Positions 53,998 through 64,000 of a DNA stretch of 64,000 nt are shown in pieces. The position numbers were made by a program, and so were the translations under genes. The notes below the pieces were generated by a model. That model did not search any database. It worked only from the letters and a program-made list of their open reading frames with translations, and was not told the origin of the DNA. Source of the DNA: Octopus sinensis (lineage: Eukaryota); NCBI RefSeq assembly GCF_006345805.1, contig NC_043003.1, forward strand, positions 18,042,001-18,106,000. The letters run 5' to 3'. The first letter of the stretch is position 1; every line of letters begins with the position of its first letter.

Positions 53998-54627
53998 CTA
54001 ATCCATCATTTGGGAGCACGCTTCATCCAAATCTTCGCACAAAGTTTTGAATTTTTTCTGTTCTACTTCGAGCTCTTTCGTGAGCTTTTCGATATCATTC
54101 TCAAGTTTTTGGACATTTCGCTCAGCTGTCAATGCCCGATTCTCGGCAGACTGGAGCTTCTCGGAATCCTCTTCGGCTTGCACTCTTTTCTCTTCCACTT
54201 GACTTTCAGATCGGGTAAGATCTAATTCTAAAAGATTGATTTTTCGGTTTAAATCTTGTGTTTCGCTCTCTGTCTCCGATAATTTCTCTTCTGTATATCT
54301 CATCATGTCCTGTGCTTTATCTAATTGGACAGATACTTCATCAAATTCTCTTTGTAAATTACTATACTTCTTGTGCATCCACACCAATTCCTCATCAACT
54401 TTCTTTTTGTCTTCTTCCACCAGCTGGTATTTAGCTAAACTTTCGTTCAAATCATCGTTCTCTTTCTCCAGAGTTCCATACTTTTTCTGTAAAAACATAT
54501 AATCGTCTTGAATTTTATCGCGTTCTTCTTCAACCTGCTTTAGCCTTAATTCCAGTTCCTCGGCTTTTTCCAGAGCATTTACCCGATCTGCGACTAAGGC
54601 ATTCATTTTCTTCTTGCACGCTTCCAT
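53998..54627 (-). CDS. Short intronless tropomyosin-like protein, 209 aa (paralogue with 38-aa internal duplication)
   Basis: About 127 of 171 alignable residues are identical to the 171-aa paralogue. Extra segment ELELRLKQVEEERDKIQDDYMFLQKKYGTLEKENDDLN; aaacATG context and TAG stop. Confidence 0.9.
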   Translation of the reverse strand: MEACKKKMNALVADRVNALEKAEELELRLKQVEEERDKIQDDYMFLQKKYGTLEKENDDLNESLAKYQLVEEDKKKVDEELVWMHKKYSNLQREFDEVSVQLDKAQDMMRYTEEKLSETESETQDLNRKINLLELDLTRSESQVEEKRVQAEEDSEKLQSAENRALTAERNVQKLENDIEKLTKELEVEQKKFKTLCEDLDEACSQMMD

Positions 54628-54746
54628 GTTTATTTGTGTATTTTATATATAAGTGAATCACGCGTAAAAAGTCTTGGCTCAAATGGGAAAATAATCCGGA
54701 AGTTTATTCTGATATATATTTTGGAAAGCACGACTTGGAAACAAGA

Positions 54747-54871
54747 GCTTCTCTGACTCCGTGGAGAATAGCTTTGTGAGTCTGCAACAGAGCCAAAAGT
54801 GGTTGTAACTGAATAATCAACTAACGATAACCTCTTCAGTAGTTCTCTAAATTTTGAGAGTTACCTACCTT
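54747..54871 (-). promoter_or_regulatory. Conserved upstream non-coding block of the 209-aa gene
   Basis: Counterpart of 42318-42442; contains TCAGTT (Inr-like) on the gene strand. Confidence 0.6.
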
Positions 54872-55818
54872 TGTGTGTATACACTACACCTTTTCACTCA
54901 ATTTTTTGAAAATAAAGCTCAACTCAGTTTCAAACTAAAATAAATTTGATCATAGATTAAAACAACTGGGCACTGATTTAGATAACAGGGTGTTCGGGTT
55001 AAGATCTGACAGCTTTTATACCCCATCCAAAAATAAAATCCTTTTTTTTTAAATCAAAATGTGTCAACTAGGTTCACACACACACACACACACACACACA
55101 TACATACATACATACGAGGAGCTTTCATGCAGTTTCTATTAATCAAATTCACTGAAAACAGTAGAAGGCACTTGACCAAGGTTACGTGCAGAGGGACTGA
55201 AACCGAAACCTCGTGGCTGTAAAGCAAACTTCATAACCACACCGCCACGAACTTCAATTTAAGTCATATGAATTCTCATTTAAATCAAACGAATAGCAAT
55301 TTAAAATAAATTAAAGTCAATTTAAAACAGAGCAAAATTTATTTTAAACAAACCAAAGTTATCATTAAAAAAATACATGAATTTAAATCTATTGAAAGTG
55401 AAATCTATTCATAAATAAATGGAAAGGTTTGAAATTTAGCACCGATATTACTAATTAGTATATCCAGTACGTTCGTCGGTATTTTAATTAATCGGGTAAA
55501 CTTTGAAGATTTAGCTGCTCTTTCTAGCAGTTGGAACAACCTCGAACAACACGTGTATACAGACGTCTCAACATGTCCACATCTCTTGATTAATGTTGGA
55601 TCAGTTGAAAGAGGAAGGAGACTGTCGCTAATTATAAGTATTACGAATGAGGGTACTTCTATGAGACTGTCCGAACTGCTAGAAATAGCCACCGAATCTT
55701 CAAATTTTACCCTATAACGGATGAACGTATGGGATAACTTAATTAGTAATTTCTTCGCTAAAATTCGCACCTTTCTCTTTTATTAATGGATAAATTCCAT
55801 TCTCAAAATATTTAATCC

Positions 55819-55856
<38 letters not shown>

Positions 55857-56035
55857 TGCAGACAGACAGACAGATGGACAGACATACAGACAGACAGACA
55901 GACATGCAGACAGACATGCAGACAGACAGTCAGACAGACAGACAGACAGACAGACATGCAGACAGACATACAGACAGACAGACAGACAGACATGCAGACA
56001 GACAGACAGACAAACAGACTGAGAGACAGACAGTC

Positions 56036-56099
<64 letters not shown>

Positions 56100-56397
56100 G
56101 GACGGACGGACGAACGGACGGGTGGATATAAATTTCATGTGTCGTTTTGTTCAGACTAGATAATTATTGTAAATAAGGCTGCGAACTGACAGAACAGTGA
56201 AGCACGCCAGACAAAATGCTTAGCAGTATTTCGTCTATTTTTTACATTCTGAGTTCAAACTCAGCCGTGGCCGATTTTGGCTTTCATCCTTTCTGGCTCG
56301 ATAAAATAAAGTGCCAACTGGGCGCTGCGGCTGATATGATCGACTAGTTCCTTCCTCCACACAAAATTTCAGGCCTTGTGTCTATTAGAAATGACTA

Positions 56398-57160
56398 TTA
56401 TTACATCCGCCTTAACGAAGGCGAAGGTATTGTTTTCAGTCGTGCTCGTTTGTTTGTTTGTTTCTTCGACGAAATATCTCAAAAACCGCTGGATGGATTC
56501 GGGTAAAACTTTCAGAGATGTTTGACCTCCTGACTGGCACGAACTGGTTAAATTATGGGGACGATCCGGTACTGGACAAGGATTCTGGATTATTTTTCCG
56601 AGTTTTTTTACTCAATTTAGGAGTAGGAGTGGCTGTGTGGTAAGAAGCTTGCTTACGAACCACATGGTCCCGGGTTCAGTCCCACTGCGTGGCACCTTGG
56701 GCAAGTGTCTTCTACTATAGCCTCTGGCCGACCAAAGCCTTGTGAGTGGATTTGGTAGACGGAAACTGAAAGAAGCCCGTCGTATATATGTGTATATATA
56801 TATGTATGTGTTTGTGTGTTTGTGTTTGTTCCCCCAACATCGCTTAACAACCGATGCTGATGTGTTTACGTCCCCGTAACCTAGCGGTTCGGCAAAAGAG
56901 ACGGGTAGAATAAGTACTAGGCTTGCAAAGAATAAGTCCTGGGGTCGATTTGCTCGACTAAAGTCGGTGCTCCAGCATGGCCACATTCAAATTACTGAAA
57001 CAAGTAAAAGAGTAATTTCATTTTTAGTATTCTCGTTTGCGAGAGCAGTCGAGTTTATTTCAGATATTCTCATTTTAAAAATCATCTATGGCTAATCGTT
57101 GAGAGGACGTTGGTGTCGCCTTGGCGAAGGTTTGCGCTCTCTCTGAGTGCTCTTATTGTA
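56398..57160 (+). mobile_element. Non-autonomous Helentron/DINE-like element interrupted by a family D SINE (56619-57013, AATTT TSD)
   Basis: 5' ttacatccgccttaacgaaggcgaagg, (GTTT)n, atatctcaaaaaccgctggatggatt; 3' cgccttggcgaaggtttgcgctctctctgagtgc. The SINE is flanked by aattt on both sides. Confidence 0.6.
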
Positions 57161-57706
57161 ATTCAGAAAATTTAATTTGTTCATTCTTAAAAAGCACTTT
57201 ATGAGCTGGCAGAAACGTTAGCACGCCGAGCGAAATACTTTGCCGTATTTCGTCTGCCGCTACGTTCTGAGTTCAAATTCCGCCGAGGTCGACTTTGCCT
57301 TTCATCCTTTTGGGGTCGATAAATTAAGTATCAGTTACGCACTGGGGTCGATATAATCGACTTAATCCCTTTGTCTGTCCTTGTTTGTCCCCTCTATGTT
57401 TAGCCCCTTGTGGGTAGTAAAGAAATAGAATAATTACTATTTTGCATAAAGGAAGTACCATAAACAAATGATATTTGTTTTATGACCAGCTGAAAAACGT
57501 AAACATTAGTTTTCAAGAGAGATAACTCTTGACAACTTGTGCGATCAAATCTAAGGAGATGCTTTTTCTATTCAAAGCGATTTTAACTTAATATTCATAC
57601 GCCATCATCATCGTCGTCGTCGTCGTCATCATTGTCATCATCATCGTCGTCGTCATCATCATCATCATCATCATCATCATAATCATCATCATCATCATCA
57701 TCATCA

Positions 57707-57746
<40 letters not shown>

Positions 57747-58483
57747 CATCATCATCATCATCATCATTATTTTACTGTGAGTGGTCGTAGAAATTTGCTT
57801 GCGTACAAATTTTATCTTTCTTTGCACAGTTCGTGTGCAGCCATGCGAGCAACCATCACTCAAATGCCATATTGACTGCCTAAGTAATTGCACTCTATTT
57901 TTATTAAAAATTTCGGTAATGTTTCGGTATTTGTACATACGCCAGTCGTCAATGAAAGTGTGTGCGAGTGTGCGTTAGGCTGTTCAGCTTGTCTTGCAGA
58001 TGAAAGACAACGTCATATACTCACTCATGGCGTCATAGACTTTTACCGTAAGATTGCTAAAAATTTTATTGTGAAAATAGACGATTAATCTCTTCAATTA
58101 AAAAAAATCGATTTCATCTAGAAAACCTTACGTACGCACATCTTGTGTGAGCATGTGTGTGTGTGAGTGCGCGTGCGCACGCGACGTAGTTCTTATAGGT
58201 GCAGGCGCACATAGGTGCTCAGTCTAGATGCAGCCTTGTAGACCAACATGACATTGCTGAGCTATAAATATTCTAGACTACTTGTAATTGCCAACTCGTC
58301 ACTCACCAACATTCTGCAACAGACTAGTCTCTAGCCGACAGGGGGAAGCCGCTTTATTTAGCCTGCTAGAATTAGAAGCTTATCATGCTCAGTTCACATT
58401 CGTCAGCTGTAAAAAAAAAAAAACGATGAGGGCGCAGTTGATAATACAGCCCTAGATATAAAAAAAAAAAATGAGTGGAGGCG

Positions 58484-58727
58484 CGTGGCTTAGTGGTTAG
58501 GGTGTCAGCATCACGATCGTAAGATTGTGGTTTCGATTCCCGGATCGGGCGACGCGTTGTGTTCTTGATCAAAACACTTCATTTCACGTTGCTCCAGTCC
58601 ACTCAGCTGGCAAAAATGAGTAACGCTGCGATGGACTGGCGTCCCGTCCAGCTGGGGAACACATGCGCCATAGAAACCGGGGAACCGGGCCCATGAGCCT
58701 GGCTAGGCGTTAAAAGGGCGCATTTAT
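58484..58727 (+). mobile_element. SINE family B
   Basis: Close match to 25708-25952. Confidence 0.88.
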
Positions 58728-59831
58728 TTATTATTTATACAAAAAGAAGCCATCATAATCTATACTTGAATATCTTTGATAATATATCTGCTCGTTCAGA
58801 ACTCTCTAACATAGGGTTCAACAACACATAGCTTGCCGGAATCTTGATCGCCGCGACCTGTGTCTATCATTTCTATAATGACTTTTGCTCGTCTAACACA
58901 GCGTGTACTGCAACAACTATCACCAACTTCTCCTCTATTTGTCATCCTCATTTTGTATTTGCTGTCATAAGGACAGTGCCAGACACGATCATTTAACCAA
59001 TTTAAAAGACATTAAGGCGGCGAGCTGGCGGAATCTTTATCGTAGCTGGAAAAATGCTTGATGGCATTTACTCTGACTTTACCTTCTCAGTTCAGACTCC
59101 GCCGGGGCCAACTTTGCCTTTCAATTTTTCAGGATCGATAAAATAAGTGCCAGTTGAACACTGGAGTCGATGTAATAGACTTACTACTGCCCATAAATTC
59201 ACTGGCTTTGTGCCAAAATTTGAAAGCAATTTTAGAGACATACCGTCTGCAAACTATAGCTTGTGTTGTGTTGTATCGTCTGCAACTATAGCTTACAGAA
59301 GATGTAAGGGACATAACTTTTATAGATTAAACAGCTACTGTAACATTTTTCCCTTCGGTACTATATTGCTAGCCATATACATATAATCAATAGGCAGACG
59401 GGCAACATGGTGGTTAGAGTGCTGGACACACGATCATAAAGATGTGAGTTCGATTCCTGCACCAAGCAGTGTTTTGTGTCCTTGAGCAAGGCACTTCATT
59501 TAACGTTGCTTCAGGTTGCTCAACAGAAAATTAGCAACAGTTAAGTCTGGCGCAGCCAGTTGCGCAGCTAGAGTGCATGCTGCCTGAGGCAACCCTTGAG
59601 CTACTCCCGCCCTGCACCCGATACAGACTGATGCATTAGACCCAAAAGTGGCGCCCCTTACCCGTCCAATTATGCTGCCGGTTGCACCCTTCTCTCCTTC
59701 GGCTGTATGCTGTTTGATATACCTTATTTGTCTATGTTATTCATATACATACCATTGGCTACTCTGAGTTGTCTCGACTCGGCTCGTTTTCGTTTCACTT
59801 CCGCAACTTACTTGGGCCATAAATGTGTTCT

Positions 59832-59933
<102 letters not shown>

Positions 59934-60559
59934 CGTGCGTGTGTGTGTGTGTGTGCGTGTGGTTCTTCAGCACACAAGTTAAGCAAATGCTGTGTTGATG
60001 ATAACTATCGAGGCAGAAACACGAATCCACAGCTGTTCCCTTATTTCCATATAATCCAACTATCCTATCCTTAACCACATGCCAATTTTGGAGAATCCTT
60101 GATTCCCAAAACTATCTCCCCTTCTCATTTGGCTTCAGTTCCAATTGCCACCGGGCGACTAGAGATAATTTCAATAAACCAAGAATTTAACCTGTATGGT
60201 GTTTAATATACCCTTTTTTCAACTTTAGGGATTACTAGTCGCGTGTAAGTGCAGCCCTCTTCTCTTTCCGACTGTCACAATCCGCGATGTTCCGTTGGGT
60301 TTTGGATGAAAGGGCCGAGAGAATATCAGTCTGCTTACAACTACGTAAGCACTTAAAACAACTAACAAAAGCATGAAACATGCTACCGAGTCACACTCAC
60401 TTGAGAGCTGTGCCTATGGTTCTCCTCTTTATACATACATTCTTTTACAGTCTTTATCCATTAATTAAATATTAAGCCTGTTTTATATACAGATTGGTTC
60501 TACTTTGGTATGTGATCTACAACTTAAAGGGCCATTACTTTAGGTTACTTTTTAGTTCA

Positions 60560-61069
60560 CCGTAAATCCTCGTGTATAATCCGCATTTTTTCCCCAAAAT
60601 TTAAAGGTCAAAATCCCTAGTGCGTACTATATACGAGGTTAAAAATGAAAAATATTTTCTAAGCAATGTCCGAGTCTATATTTGTAGTACGTCAATGTTT
60701 ATTCAGACGCATTTTGTGATGTCGGGCACGAAAATACCTTAAGCTAAGCCTGAAAGCAATGAAGACTTAAAAGAATCATCAATAACTTGCAGTAAGCAAC
60801 ATTTAATAAAATAAAAGTATTCAGAACACTGAATAACATGTAACAAAAACAATTTGCAAACATATTTACATTCCCATATAACAGATAAAAACATCACCAT
60901 TATTGTATTACGCATGCGCGGAAGTGTTTGTTCGACTAGGTGCTGCTGGCTTAATTACATACGACTCAAGTTAGAGAAAGGGTGCGTATTATACACTAGG
61001 TTTAGCTTTTTCAGAAGTACAGCCCCTGCGTATTATACTCAAGGGTGGACTATACTCGAGGATTTACGG
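60560..61069. mobile_element. Tc2/pogo-like MITE (copy 2)
   Basis: CCGTAAATCCTCGTGTATAATCCGCA ... TATACTCGAGGATTTACGG|TA. Confidence 0.85.
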
Positions 61070-62740
61070 TACTTTCCAATTTCTAAAAACTCTTAAGACA
61101 TTGGCTAAAGATTTTTTACAATAAATTCTTTTGTATATACATAGCATTGTAAATGATTTTTTTCAAAATTCTTACTATTTTAATAATAATAAAGCCATAT
61201 TTCATTTATGTCTTAGTAAGTAATAATATGAAACCAAGAATAACTAATATGATAATTAAAATAAACGCGTAGAACACAGTTTGACAGCCGCATGTTTTGC
61301 AACATAAAGAAACTAAAAACTAACTTAAAGTAATTTATAGTGGAAGCGCAATGGCCCAGTGGTTAGGGCAGCGGACTCGCGGTCGGAGGATCACCTAAAA
61401 GCTCCATGTTGTACTCTTTCACTCACTCTCTCTTCCTGTTTCTTAAGTAACGCTGCGTCCCGTCCAGCTGAGGGGAACACATACAGAAACCGGGAAACCG
61501 GGCCCACGAGCCTGGCTAGGCTTGAAAAGGGCGCATAAAAAAAGGTAATTGCCAAAGCAATACTTGGCTGCATTTCTATTGGTTCTTTACGCGCTGAGTT
61601 CAAATCCTACCGAAGTCGACTACTTCTTTCATCGCCTTTGGTGTCGATGGAATAATTTTTAGCTGTGCACTGGAGTCGATGTAATTGACTAGTTCACCAA
61701 TATTTCACGCCTTGTGTCTATAGCAGGAACGATTAAATATATACAGACTTGGTGAAGAAAGGACACCTACGAATATCGTTCTTGTAGTAGCTTAAGCGAC
61801 ACCAGTGATTGATTATTCAGTGTTTTCCTATATCGGTGGGACAGATTTATTTTTAGCATGAGATTGGCTTTGAATACCTGCTATTGACGACACTCAAATA
61901 GACGGAAATGCATCTGGCATTCTCACTAGGCCCTGCCGGATGGGTTTTCCTTTTCCACCCGGTGTATACTGCTGCGCTTTTAAACACAGCAGATCCATAA
62001 TAAATATTATCTCCGGACTAATACCGCAGTAAATTTGCCTTTCAAAGATTAAGAGACGATATCAATAAAGTACAAAGAGAGAGATATTTTTACCCACGAG
62101 AGTTCCGGACTCATTTGCATACATTAAATATGATACGAAAACGGCTATTTTAGTAGCTTGTTTTAAGTGTCCACTAATAATGTTTTCATTTACGACGCTA
62201 ACATATTTATAGCCTTCTCATGAATTACGACGTAATTATGGGTGTACTTATAACTTTGATGAGAGAAAGTAGACAGGAAGTTGACACCAAGACCGATTCA
62301 AACAACCAGTGCTTATTCTGGTTAATAATATTGAGCTCATTATATTCTAGAGACCGTTGTAAGTGACCAAATTTAACTAACGATTGCTACCATAAATATT
62401 ACTGGAGCACGCCTTTCAAACGATAACAGCGACAGTAAACGTGACTTTGATTTTGCGGTTTTGCTCTTGTCTACTACTGAGTCACTAACATAACCTTGGC
62501 GGTTTCTATAGACTATCGATAAAAGAGTTCATTGCTAGAATAAACGAAGTACAAATTGACTGTTATTTGGGGGGATATTCTTGTAGACAACGACTGTTTC
62601 TGAATGTGTGAATGTGGCGGCTTGTTTTTTGAGTCTCAGGTCTTAGTCAACTTTCAAATGGCATTAACTGTAAACATGGTAATTGGTCCGCAACGACTGG
62701 TTGGCGGCGTCGAGGCTCCACCACACGACATACGAGAAGC

Positions 62741-62771
<31 letters not shown>

Positions 62772-63630
62772 AAGAAGAAGAGGGGAGTAGGAGAAGAAGG
62801 AGGAGGAGGAGGAGGAGGAAGAGGGGGGAAGAAGAAGAAGAAGAAGAAGAAGAAGAAGAAGCTGACGTGATATGTATCAACAAATTGCTAAATGCAACGC
62901 GCTGAAATAACAGCCTCGATTCGCAAGTATGCGTTCAAGATGACTTGTTTTAAAGATCAACAAAGATTAAGAGATGATATCAATAAAGTACAATATCAAA
63001 TTTTTTCACCCACGAGAGTTCCGGACCCAGTAATGAACTCATTTGCATACAGCCAATCAGAGCTCACCTTGAAAATTCACATACTGTGTAGCCAGTCAGG
63101 CATAGAATGGTGTATGCCACTCGCTGAGTACAACACCTTTTATTTCTTAACTTATTTCAGCCATTGGACTGTGGCCATGCTGGGGCACTGCCCTGAAGAG
63201 TTTTACTAGAACAAATCGACCCCACCAATTATGCTTTATTTTATTTTTAATCTGGTACTTATTCTATAGTTCTCTTTTACTGAATTGCTATGTTCGGGGA
63301 AGAAAACAAACCAACACCAGAAGGTGAGTTACAAACACAGACACACAAAAATGTGTGTGTGTGTGTGTGTGTACGTGCGTGTGTGTGTGTGCGTGTGTGT
63401 GTGTGTGCACGTGTGTGTGTGCACGTGTGTGTGTGCACGTGTGTGTGTGCACGTGTGTGTGTGCACGTGTGTGTGTGCACGTGTGTGTGTGCGTGTGTTT
63501 GTATACACATATATAGATGATGATTATGATGACCATGATGATATCCACACGACGGGTTTCCACACAGTTTCTATTTATCAAACTCACTCACGAGACATTG
63601 GGGCCCGGGGTCATAGCTTCTTAATGATGT

Positions 63631-64000
63631 CTACAACTCTTTCCTGCAATCAGACCTAGACACAATGCAGCAATGGATCACAGACTGGCAACTGAAACTG
63701 GCTGTGGACAAGTGTACCACCATGCATTTTGGGAGAAAAAACCCTGCGTCCACATACTCCCTCCACAACACTGATATCAAGAAATCCTCTTGCGAGCGTG
63801 ACCTAGGCATCACTGTCAGCAGTGATTTGCGTTGGACAAAGCATATCTCTAAAATTGTCAAGAAGGCCGAGGGTGCCTTGGCATCACTCAGCAAGACTTT
63901 TGTTAGCCGCTCTCCAGCCATCTATTTAAAACTGTATACAGCTATGGTACGACCACACTTGGAATTCGCATCATCAGTTTGGAATCCCTATCTTGCTCAG
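63631..64000 (+). mobile_element. CR1 LINE RT C-terminal region, open to the window end
   Basis: [45 protein letters not shown] and LYTAMVRPHLEFASSVWNPY. Confidence 0.88.

Noticed and set aside
55405-55770. 121-aa minus-strand ORF upstream of the 209-aa gene
   Set aside because: TTG start, no recognisable domain, no counterpart upstream of the paralogue, and adjacent to a (CAGA)n repeat element.

Overview
AT-rich, microsatellite-saturated animal DNA. The SINE families and the molluscan-type tropomyosin homology point to a cephalopod, probably Octopus (inference from recalled sequences, not a search). Most of the provided ORFs are simple-repeat artefacts. The only convincing host genes are two intronless, tandem, minus-strand paralogues (41686-42201, 171 aa; 53998-54627, 209 aa) encoding unusually short tropomyosins. 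They lack 112 residues (16 heptads) of the 284-aa canonical protein and differ from each other by a 38-aa internal duplication. They show synonymous-biased divergence and share an ungapped 125-bp upstream non-coding block. The rest is mobile DNA: Penelope-like elements (RT + GIY-YIG), CR1-group and RTE LINE fragments, at least four modular tRNA-derived SINE families, Helitron/Helentron-type elements and MITEs. A second hidden layer is a set of nine to ten type I hammerhead-ribozyme motifs from several unrelated repeat families, including U3:A8 (UUGAAAA) and C4 (CCGANGA) core variants. Some sit in partial tandem units or palindromes typical of Penelope termini or retrozymes. All alignments and structures were done by eye.
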